Source: an uncultured Bacteroidia bacterium (GTDB lineage Bacteria > Bacteroidota > Bacteroidia > Palsa-948). From it: a DNA stretch of 64,000 nucleotides. Each line of letters begins with the position of its first letter. Within the stretch, counting starts at the first letter, position 1. Below the pieces are notes generated by a model. That model saw only the letters and a list, made by a program, of their open reading frames with translations, did not search any database and was not told the DNA's origin. Made by a program: the position numbers and the translations under genes. Below, piece by piece: positions 18,540 to 26,738 of this stretch. The DNA is taken from positions 11,047 through 75,046 of the forward strand of contig CAYZTB010000009.1 of the NCBI GenBank assembly GCA_964481195.1, read 5' to 3'.

Positions 18540-19799
18540 ATGGACTTACTAAGATTTTTAACAGCAGGAAATGTGGATGATGGGAAAAGTACTTTGATAG
18601 GACGATTGCTATATGATAGTGGCTCTGTATCGACAGATATTTTACAAGCAATTGAAAAAGCAAGCAAAGGGAAAAATAGTTCTGGTATTGACCTTTCGCT
18701 TCTTACCGATGGATTGAGAGCCGAGCGCGAGCAAGGAATTACTATTGATGTGGCTTATAAGTATTTTACCACACCCAAACGCAAATTTATTATTGCTGAT
18801 ACTCCTGGCCATGTGCAGTACACGCGCAACATGGTTACAGGAGCATCAAATTCAGATCTGGCAATTATTTTAATAGATGCACGTAATGGCATTTCAGAAC
18901 AAACTAGCAGACATTCTATCATTTCAACTTTGTTTGGAATTCGGCATTTAGTAGTCTGTGTAAATAAAATTGATTTGATGGATTATTCCCAGCAAGTGTT
19001 TGATGACATAGTTCGGGCGTACAAAGAATTTATAATTAAGATTAATCCTGAAGAGAATAATGAAAAAAGATATGACATCGTTTTTATTCCGGTTAGCGCT
19101 AAACTAGGCGATAACGTGGTAACACGCTCCCAGAAAATGCCTTGGTACACTGAAAAAACTTTGTTGGAGCATTTGGAGTCTGTAGAAGTAGATACAGATA
19201 CCAATTTGACTAACGCTAGATTTCCTGTGCAATACGTAATACGACCACAGCAAGATGACTTACACGATTACCGTGGCTATGCAGGTAAAATAATAAGCGG
19301 TACATTTAAAAAAGGCGATGCTGTAGAAGTTTTACCAGCCGGAATTTCATCACGTATCAAGGAAGTAGAAATATATGGGTCTTCGGTAGAAGAGGCCTAT
19401 GCTTCTCAATCTGTAATTTTACATCTCGAAGACGATGTAGATATTAGCAGGGGAGATGTGATAGTGAAAAATGACAAGGAGCTTTCTGTTACACAAGACC
19501 TTGAGGCAACAGTGTGTTGGATGAGTGAACGTTCATTACGTGTTGGTTCAAAGTTTCTAATCCAACAACATGGGAAAATTGTAAAAGCTGCTGTGAAAGA
19601 AGTTCTACATAAAATTAATGTAAATACCTTCGACAAAGTAGAAGGCGATAAGGTTGTTGCTCTGAATGAAATTGCTAAACTAAAACTACGTACGGCTTCA
19701 CCTATGGTGATTGATACGTTTCAGAAAAATAAAGCTAACGGAAGCTTTATATTAATAGATGAGAATACACACGAAACTGTTGGAGGTTGTGTAGTCTGA
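18540..19799 (+). CDS. cysN: Sulfate adenylyltransferase subunit 1 (GTPase), no fused APS kinase
   Basis: GNVDDGKSTLIGRLL, EREQGITIDVAY, DTPGH, NKID. Confidence 0.96.
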   Translation: MDLLRFLTAGNVDDGKSTLIGRLLYDSGSVSTDILQAIEKASKGKNSSGIDLSLLTDGLRAEREQGITIDVAYKYFTTPKRKFIIADTPGHVQYTRNMVTGASNSDLAIILIDARNGISEQTSRHSIISTLFGIRHLVVCVNKIDLMDYSQQVFDDIVRAYKEFIIKINPEENNEKRYDIVFIPVSAKLGDNVVTRSQKMPWYTEKTLLEHLESVEVDTDTNLTNARFPVQYVIRPQQDDLHDYRGYAGKIISGTFKKGDAVEVLPAGISSRIKEVEIYGSSVEEAYASQSVILHLEDDVDISRGDVIVKNDKELSVTQDLEATVCWMSERSLRVGSKFLIQQHGKIVKAAVKEVLHKINVNTFDKVEGDKVVALNEIAKLKLRTASPMVIDTFQKNKANGSFILIDENTHETVGGCVV

Positions 19800-19812
19800 A
19801 AGTTTAAGTCAT

Positions 19813-19850
19813 AAAAAAAAGGCGAATCAATTTTGATTCGCCTTTTTTTT
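19813..19850. terminator. Bidirectional intrinsic terminator
   Basis: A8-GGCGAATCAA-TT-TTGATTCGCC-T8 between convergent genes. Confidence 0.92.
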
Positions 19851-19864
19851 AAAATAATATTTTA

Positions 19865-20308
19865 TTATTGTTTGAATCCTACAAGGATAGAAACACATCC
19901 ACTAGGCACTAGTCCAGAAGGAGTATCCACGTTTGGAACAATAACTTCCAAAGTCATTTGTTGAGTTGATTCAACTGAGAAATCCCAATAGTCAAACTTT
20001 CCCATGTCTTTGCTTGTAAAAAGTTGCGTTTTAGCCGCATCTTTCATTACAAAATATACATCGCCTAATGATTCATGAGCAGAAACTAAAATACGATAGG
20101 TCTGGCCTGAATAAAAAGTTAGTGTTAGTTCAGCCTGATCTCCTGAAAGAAGTACGGAGCTGTTTACTTGTCCATTATGAATAAATGGTGCAAGGCTTGA
20201 AATTTGCTTTTTCACAAACCCTTTACATTGTGCAAAGGCTCCGATTGATGGAAGAAGTGCTAATGCAACAATTACAACAAGTCTTCCTGGATTTAAAAAG
20301 TTTTTCAT
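19865..20308 (-). CDS. Uncharacterised secreted protein (paralog of 42429-42881)
   Basis: Signal peptide ending AFA-QC; C-terminal GCVSILVGFK. Confidence 0.75.
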   Translation of the reverse strand: MKNFLNPGRLVVIVALALLPSIGAFAQCKGFVKKQISSLAPFIHNGQVNSSVLLSGDQAELTLTFYSGQTYRILVSAHESLGDVYFVMKDAAKTQLFTSKDMGKFDYWDFSVESTQQMTLEVIVPNVDTPSGLVPSGCVSILVGFKQ

Positions 20309-20316
20309 GAGTGATA

Positions 20317-21243
20317 TTAGTTTTGACCGCTGATGATTTTAGTTCTGATTTCTGCCGCTTTTGCAGTTAATTTTTCTAACGTTTCAGGAGAAACAGTGTA
20401 ATTTATTTTTCCTCCGATGGTAGTAACTTTTGAAGCTTCATCTGTTTTAACACTGGTTGCTGATTCAGATTTTACTTGCACTTCACTAAAAATAGCTTGT
20501 AATGCTTTTAAGTCTTCTAAGATAGAAGTTACTGCTGCATCGTTTCCGCTTGAACCTAGCAAAGCAATTACATTATCAAGAGTTCCTTTTTGCTCAGCAA
20601 TTCTGCTAATAATAGGCTTGCCATTTTTTGAAGACTTAGCTAGTTGAGTAGCCAAATAAATACCTTCAACAAAACCACCAGAAATAACAAGTGCAGAAGC
20701 GTTTTCGCGCTGGCTCTCTTTTAACATTTCATCAGTAGTCATGTAAGAGTCGGAAATAATTGAAAGAAGAGAATCTTTTCTGCCAGTATTAGCTTGAATG
20801 CGGTCAACTGTTTTTTCGTTAAAAGCAGTTCCTACACCTAAGGATTCTGCAAGTTTCCTAGTACATCCAAGATATAAAATAGACTCTTGAGTGTTGTTGT
20901 CAAACACGCTGGTGTAGCTTAAGTCGGCTCCATAAACGCCTAAATTAAGAGCTTTGGCGCTGTTTGAATTATACTTGTTTACGTTGTCAATAGGGTTTAA
21001 CAAATCCTTATTATAATTAGCGCCAGCTTTTTGAATAAGTTGAGCTAGCTCAATAGGAGATGGAATCGAGTAAAAAATATTTTGTGCTTTGTTGCCTGTT
21101 TTTGACATTCCGCCTGACTCTGTATCGGTAGTGTCAGAACCATCAGTTTCTGCAGTGCCTTCGTTAGAGCCACATCCATAAAAGAATGGCGATAAAGCGG
21201 CAGCCAAGATACATGCCGGAATAAATTTCTTCAAATAATTCAT
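20317..21243 (-). CDS. Uncharacterised all-helical lipoprotein (paralog of 42901-43749)
   Basis: Start reassigned to MNYLKK (21243) after promoter TATCTTTG (complement of 21284-21291); lipobox FYGC; YSIPSPIE...ALNLGVYGADLSY. Confidence 0.75.
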   Translation of the reverse strand: MNYLKKFIPACILAAALSPFFYGCGSNEGTAETDGSDTTDTESGGMSKTGNKAQNIFYSIPSPIELAQLIQKAGANYNKDLLNPIDNVNKYNSNSAKALNLGVYGADLSYTSVFDNNTQESILYLGCTRKLAESLGVGTAFNEKTVDRIQANTGRKDSLLSIISDSYMTTDEMLKESQRENASALVISGGFVEGIYLATQLAKSSKNGKPIISRIAEQKGTLDNVIALLGSSGNDAAVTSILEDLKALQAIFSEVQVKSESATSVKTDEASKVTTIGGKINYTVSPETLEKLTAKAAEIRTKIISGQN

Positions 21244-21330
21244 GTTGATTATAATTTGATTGTAATAAGTTTCGATTGTTCGCCAAAGATAAAAAATAAT
21301 TCGCACCGCGATATATTTGATTTTCAGGCA

Positions 21331-24114
21331 CTAATGAGCTAATAGCCAGTTATCTCCAGTGCCAGTTTCTACTTCTATTGGTACATTCATTTTAATAGCA
21401 TTCTTCATTTTATCTTCAATTATTGGCTTTATTACATCTAATTCTTCTTTAAATACATCAAACACTAATTCATCATGTACCTGAAGAATCATTTTGGATT
21501 TAAACTTCCTCTTAGTGAACTCTTTATGGATGTTGATCATGGCAATTTTTATCATATCAGCTGCAGAACCTTGAATAGGGGCATTAATAGCGTTTCGTTC
21601 TGCGAAACCCCTAACAGTATGATTGGCAGATGTAATATCTCGTAAATATCGTTTGCGACCTAGAATGGTTTCTACATAGCCGTGCTTTTTTGCAAAATCA
21701 ATATTGTTTTGCATGTACTCTTTTATTTTAGGGTATTGAGCAAAATAATTTTCAATGATGCTTTTAGCTTCTGTTCTTGGAATGTTAAGTCGCTGCGATA
21801 ATCCAAAGGCTGATATTCCATAGATAATACCAAAGTTTACCATTTTGGCATTTCTTCTCATATCGGAAGTAACTTCTTTAATAGGAACAGCATACACTTT
21901 GGATGCCGTTGCTGCATGAATATCTTGTCCGCTATGAAAAGCTTGAATCATTCCCTCATCTTTGCTTAACGCTGCAATTACGCGCAATTCAATCTGAGAA
22001 TAATCGGCCGACATAAGTGTAAACTTATTATTGCGGGGCACAAATGCTTTGCGGATTTCTCTTCCTCGTTCTGTACGGATAGGTATGTTTTGCAAATTTG
22101 GGTTGTCGGAACTTAAGCGACCTGTTACAGCAACAATTTGGTTGTAGGAAGTATGGATTCTGCCTGTTCGAGGGTTTACTAACTTAGGAAGAGAATCTAC
22201 GTATGTATTTTTTAACTTTTGCAACTCCCGGTAATCCAATATTTTTTCAATGATGGGATGGGAGCCTTTTAATTTTTCCAACACATCTTCGCCTGTTGCA
22301 TACTGACCCGTTTTTGTTTTTTGTGGTTTGTCTACTATTTTTAGTGTGTCGTATAATACTTCCCCTACTTGTTTAGGCGATGAAATATTAAATTCTTGTC
22401 CTGCTAATTTGTAAATCTCTTTTTCGGAAATAGCAATATCTCCGGCTAATGTTTCTGAAAGTTCACTGAGTGCGGCTGTGTCAATTTTTACTCCTTCTGT
22501 TTCCATAGCAGCTAAAACAGGAACTAATGGTATTTCAACTTCTTCAAATAGCTTTGTGGTACCTGTTTCCTTTAACATAGGAATAAACTTTTCTTGCAAT
22601 TGCAAAGTCACATCGGCATCTTCGGCAGCATATTCCGAAATTTTTTCTAAAGGCACTTCGCGCATGCTGATTTGATTCTTTCCTTTTTTGCCAATCAATA
22701 ATTCAATAGATACTGGCGTGTAATCTAAATATGTTTCGGAAAGTAAATTCATGTTATGGCGCATGTCGGGTTGAATAAGATAATGCGCTATCATAGTGTC
22801 AAATAATTTTCCTTTAATCGCTATGTCGTACCATTTTAGTACGGCCATGTCATACTTAATATTTTGCCCTACCTTTTCTATGTCCTCATCTTCAAAAATA
22901 TTTTTGAACTCATTTACAGTGGCTTGCGCTTCGTTGTAATTTTCTGAAACTGGAATGTAATATGCTTCGTTTGGCTTAAATGAAAAAGACAAGCCAACCA
23001 ACTCCACATTTTGTGCATCCAGCCCCGTTGTTTCTGTATCAAAGCAAATTGATTTTTGTTTGCCAAGAGCCGTAATAAGCTTTGTTCTTTTTTCTTTGGT
23101 ATCTGTTAAATAATAGGTGTGTGGCGTGTTGGAAATATTTTTTAACTCTTTTATGCCGACTGTATTTTCGGCATCATTAGTTGTAGTAACATTTGAAGAG
23201 TTGGTAAGTGCAGAAGTTGTATTTGAAGAACCGCCAGCCCCTTCTCCCAAAATCCTTTTTCCAAGCGTATTAAATTCTAACTCAGCAAAAATTGCGGAAA
23301 GCCTTTCTTTATCTAACGGACTCATTATTAATTCTTGCTCATTAAATTCTACAGGCACATCGCAATGAATAGTAGCAAGTCGTTTTGACATCAATGCTTG
23401 ATCGGCATATTTGATAACGTTTTCTTTGAGCTTTCCTTTAAGTTGGTCTGCTCCTTTAATAACATTTTCTAAGCTGCCAAATTCTTTAAGGAGTTTGGAA
23501 GCTGTTTTCTCCCCAACACCTGGTAGTCCGGGTATATTATCCACGGCATCTCCCATCAAACCTAAAATATCTATTACTTGAGAAATATCTTCAATGTCCC
23601 AGCGCTTGAGCACATCTTCTCTTCTTAAAACTGTCCAGCCGCTTTTAAAAACGGGTGGACGAAAAATAAAAGTCTTGTCACTTACCAATTGACCAAAATC
23701 TTTGTCGGAAGTAACCATGTAAGTTTCATACCCATGCTGCTCCGCTTTTTTAGCTAGCGTTCCTATGATATCATCTGCTTCATGCCCTTCGCTTTCTAAA
23801 ACTGGAATTCCAAATCCACCTAATATTTCTTTAATGTAAGGTACCGCACTAATAATATCTTCGGGTGTAGCCTGTCGGTTTGCTTTATAATCGGCAAAAT
23901 AGGTTTCGCGTTCGGTAGGACCGTGCATATCAAAAGCAACAGCAATGTGCGTGGGTTTCTCTTTTCGTAAGAGCTCAAATAAGATATTTGTAAATCCAAA
24001 GATGGCGGAAGTGTTCATGCCTTTGGAAGTAAGCCTGGGGTTTTTTGCAAATCCATAATAGGCCCTGTAGATTAAAGCCATTGCGTCTAATAAAAAAAGT
24101 TTTTTCTCTGCCAC
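21331..24114 (-). CDS. polA: DNA polymerase I
   Basis: 5'-3' exonuclease LLDAMALIYRAYY, 3'-5' exonuclease FDTETTGLD, TGRLSSDNPNLQNIP, ADYSQIELR, LQVHDELVF. Confidence 0.98.
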   Translation of the reverse strand: MAEKKLFLLDAMALIYRAYYGFAKNPRLTSKGMNTSAIFGFTNILFELLRKEKPTHIAVAFDMHGPTERETYFADYKANRQATPEDIISAVPYIKEILGGFGIPVLESEGHEADDIIGTLAKKAEQHGYETYMVTSDKDFGQLVSDKTFIFRPPVFKSGWTVLRREDVLKRWDIEDISQVIDILGLMGDAVDNIPGLPGVGEKTASKLLKEFGSLENVIKGADQLKGKLKENVIKYADQALMSKRLATIHCDVPVEFNEQELIMSPLDKERLSAIFAELEFNTLGKRILGEGAGGSSNTTSALTNSSNVTTTNDAENTVGIKELKNISNTPHTYYLTDTKEKRTKLITALGKQKSICFDTETTGLDAQNVELVGLSFSFKPNEAYYIPVSENYNEAQATVNEFKNIFEDEDIEKVGQNIKYDMAVLKWYDIAIKGKLFDTMIAHYLIQPDMRHNMNLLSETYLDYTPVSIELLIGKKGKNQISMREVPLEKISEYAAEDADVTLQLQEKFIPMLKETGTTKLFEEVEIPLVPVLAAMETEGVKIDTAALSELSETLAGDIAISEKEIYKLAGQEFNISSPKQVGEVLYDTLKIVDKPQKTKTGQYATGEDVLEKLKGSHPIIEKILDYRELQKLKNTYVDSLPKLVNPRTGRIHTSYNQIVAVTGRLSSDNPNLQNIPIRTERGREIRKAFVPRNNKFTLMSADYSQIELRVIAALSKDEGMIQAFHSGQDIHAATASKVYAVPIKEVTSDMRRNAKMVNFGIIYGISAFGLSQRLNIPRTEAKSIIENYFAQYPKIKEYMQNNIDFAKKHGYVETILGRKRYLRDITSANHTVRGFAERNAINAPIQGSAADMIKIAMINIHKEFTKRKFKSKMILQVHDELVFDVFKEELDVIKPIIEDKMKNAIKMNVPIEVETGTGDNWLLAH

Positions 24115-24117
24115 GAT

Positions 24118-24723
24118 CTATTTTGAAATTATTTGTTGAATGTATTTTCCAAGCACGTCAAATTCGATATTTACTTTATCGCTAACGCGTAGGTTTTTAA
24201 AATTGGTGTTCTTGAATGTATGCGGAATGATAGCTACTGAGAATAAAATAGTAGAACTTTTTGCTTTTGGATTTATTACAGTCAATGCTACGCCATTAAT
24301 GCAGACTGATCCTTTATTTATTAGCAATTTTTTTTCCCCGGATTTTGCATTTCTTATTTCAAATGTAAATAGCCAACTTCCTTTTTCTGCAACTATCTTT
24401 TTGCAGCTAGCCGTTGTGTCAATATGCCCTTGCACAAAATGCCCATCTAATCGAACTCCAATCTTTAGGCAGCGCTCCAGATTTATAGCTTGTCCTTTTA
24501 TTAGAGAACCTAAATTTGTTTTCAGTAGTGTTTCTTTTACAGCGGTTACAAAATAAATTTTACCTTTTTTGGACTCCACGGTCAGGCACACACCGTTATG
24601 GGCAACACTTTGCCCTACTTTCAAAGATTTAGTAAATGTTGATTCAACTCCAATAGCTAAATTCCCCTTCTTTTGAATAAGAGAGTTTATTTTTCCTATA
24701 GATTCTATAATTCCTGTAAACAT
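24118..24723 (-). CDS. ribE: Riboflavin synthase (alpha chain)
   Basis: Diagnostic N-terminus MFTGIIE (start 24723), NGVCLTV, GHFVQGHID, VNIEFD. Confidence 0.93.
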   Translation of the reverse strand: MFTGIIESIGKINSLIQKKGNLAIGVESTFTKSLKVGQSVAHNGVCLTVESKKGKIYFVTAVKETLLKTNLGSLIKGQAINLERCLKIGVRLDGHFVQGHIDTTASCKKIVAEKGSWLFTFEIRNAKSGEKKLLINKGSVCINGVALTVINPKAKSSTILFSVAIIPHTFKNTNFKNLRVSDKVNIEFDVLGKYIQQIISK

Positions 24724-24899
24724 GTATTTAAAAAACAAATTGAACGAATATACGAATGATTAATTCGTGTTATAGAGGTAAAGGTAGTCAAACCTAAATA
24801 TCCCTAAAATATTGGGCTTTTCAGGGGAGAAAAAGTTGGATTGGGTTGAGTGTTTTTAGTCCTTTTTGAGAGCGTTTGTTACCCCGTAATTTCTTCAAA

Positions 24900-24936
24900 C
24901 CTACCTGCTCCTCAAGGAGTCCTGCGGACAGGCAGG
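24900..24936. repeat. REP-like branched palindrome
   Basis: CCTACCTG [CTCC-TCAA-GGAG][TCC-TGC-GGA] CAGGCAGG: an outer stem enclosing two mini-hairpins. Confidence 0.55.
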
Positions 24937-25337
24937 GGTTTAGGATGGCCTAAGAGCGAATACATCCATTTCCAATGAAAATGTTTAAATGCTCCTCTTC
25001 TTTTATTCGGAAAGGAATGAAATTAACACCATAATATGTTTTTAAATTAGATAATAGTAATCCTGCAATCATCTTATACAAGTTGAGATACAAATCTATA
25101 TCTGCTACTTCCGTTAAAGGTCTTACTGTTTGAGAGCAGAGCTCTCACGAGTGCAACCTGCGGAAGTCGCCCTCTATAGTTTTACTGAGCTTTTGTAAAT
25201 ACTGTTCTTGTGTACTTAGTTCTCATTCTTTTATGGAGCAACTTAAATATATATGATTCTCTATTTTTAATCTAAATTTATAGAAATAGCATTTTTAGTC
25301 TAAATTCGATTATTTTTAAGTATTTATATGCATAATA

Positions 25338-25417
25338 CAGGCTATAACTTGAAAATATATTTTGGTATATCAGGTTATAGACTTATATTTGTATTGTAGT
25401 TATAAGGCTATACCCTG
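25338..25417 (+). promoter_or_regulatory. Promoter plus three operator-like boxes upstream of mobile mystery protein A
   Basis: TTTG 25361-25364, 19-nt spacer, TATATTTG 25384-25391. Boxes resembling CAGGnTATAnCCTG start at 25338, 25371 and 25404. Confidence 0.7.
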
Positions 25418-25882
25418 ATGAACACACAAAAACAAAAACTCCTTATTGAGCAGGTAGATAAAAAACTATCTCTGTTTAAGCCAGTAGAAAAGATTATGCC
25501 ACCAGCGAAGGGGTGGGTGTATACTATCCGCACCGCTCTTAAAATGTCGCTCCGCCAATTAGCTGACAGATTAAAAATTTCGTATCAGAGTGTAGGCGAG
25601 CTTGAAAAGAGAGAAGCGAATGGCTCTATCACGATTAAGACTTTGCGCGATGTGGCAAATACGCTTGATATGAAACTGGTTTACGGATTCGTTCCTAAAG
25701 AGGAAAGTATTGAAAACATGATTGAAAAAAGAGCTAATGAAGTAGCTCGTGAGATCGTATTGCGTGCTTCTAACACCATGAAGTTGGAGGATCAGGAAAA
25801 TTCACAAGCACGTATTGAGAGAGCTATCCAAAGCAAAGCAGAGGAAATAAAAAATAAAATGCCTAAGTATTTATGGGGTTAG
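25418..25882 (+). CDS. Mobile mystery protein A (XRE-type HTH)
   Basis: PAKGWVYTIRTALKMSLRQLADRL, EKREANGSIT, TMKLEDQ; overlaps the partner Fic gene. Confidence 0.88.
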   Translation: MNTQKQKLLIEQVDKKLSLFKPVEKIMPPAKGWVYTIRTALKMSLRQLADRLKISYQSVGELEKREANGSITIKTLRDVANTLDMKLVYGFVPKEESIENMIEKRANEVAREIVLRASNTMKLEDQENSQARIERAIQSKAEEIKNKMPKYLWG

Positions 25883-26469
25883 AGATTGAATACATAGACG
25901 GGCAAACTCCTCTTGATGAGGAGGAGAAGGAAGGATTACTTATTTCAACTATAAACACACACGGAGAGCTTGATGAATTTGAGCAACAGAATATTGAGAA
26001 AGCTATTGAATGGACTTTGGGCAGAAAATTCAAACACGAAAAAATTATCGCGGAAGATTTTGTTCGAGAACTTCATCATAAAATGTTTGGCGATGTTTGG
26101 AAATGGGCAGGAGAGTTTAGGCATTCAAATAAAAACATGGGTTGTGATTGGAAACAAATAAACACACAATTAAAACAGTTAAATGATGATTGCCTTTACT
26201 GGATTGAACATAAAACTTATTCGGATGTAGAAATTGCAATCCGTTATAAGCATAGTATTGTAAGTGTTCACTGTTTCTCAAATGGTAATGGTCGCCACTC
26301 GCGCCTAATGGGAGATGTCATAATCAGTCATATTTTTAGAAAAAAGGTTTTTACTTGGGGAGGAAGAGGCTTGAATAAAAAAGGAGAATCAAGAAATAAT
26401 TATTTTAAAGCAATCAAGGAGGCGGATAAGGGAAGTATAATGCCTCTTATGAAATTTGCTAACACCTAG
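25873..26469 (+). CDS. Mobile mystery protein B (Fic/DOC domain)
   Basis: GQTPLDEEEKEGL, MFGDVWKWAGEFR, Fic motif HCFSNGNGRHSR. Confidence 0.9.
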   Translation: MGLEIEYIDGQTPLDEEEKEGLLISTINTHGELDEFEQQNIEKAIEWTLGRKFKHEKIIAEDFVRELHHKMFGDVWKWAGEFRHSNKNMGCDWKQINTQLKQLNDDCLYWIEHKTYSDVEIAIRYKHSIVSVHCFSNGNGRHSRLMGDVIISHIFRKKVFTWGGRGLNKKGESRNNYFKAIKEADKGSIMPLMKFANT

Positions 26470-26738
26470 TTTGGATGTAGGGAAAGAATTTATATTTTCA
26501 TTGTGTTTTTTTGAGATGTTGCTGAGTAATTTAGAGGCTAAAAAAACATAGCTCTCTCAAAAAGAACCTAAAGTTTCTCCAATAACAATTCAGGTATAAT
26601 TTGGAAGAAAACGTTACCTGTTTACTCCTCAACCTACCTATCAAACCCCGCAACTGTTTGAACTTTAGGAGGAATAGATATTAATAGCGATATACGAATG
26701 AAGTTTAATCAGAAAAGTAGAAAAATGGAGATAAAAAA

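Larger units (their letters stand above)
24748..26701. mobile_element. Putative small accessory islet carrying mobile mystery A/B
   Basis: Bounded by the exact 12-bp direct repeat ATATACGAATGA (24748-24759 and 26690-26701); contains non-coding debris and small palindromes; no integrase or transposase. Confidence 0.45.

Noticed and set aside
23150-23250. Ser/Thr/Asn-rich stretch in PolA as a possible insertion or intein
   Set aside because: It lies at the normally variable linker between the 5'-3' and 3'-5' exonuclease domains; no intein motifs or DNA palindrome.
24340-24360. Weak 7-nt periodicity in ribE (encoding EIRNAKS), a possible heptamer scar
   Set aside because: Only three degenerate units in AT-rich sequence; cannot be told from chance without an ortholog alignment.
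24950-25225. Minus-strand open stretch broken by one TGA that sits in a hairpin (possible selenocysteine read-through)
   Set aside because: No start codon after the preceding stop, no recognisable protein, and the hairpin includes the TGA itself rather than resembling a bacterial SECIS.
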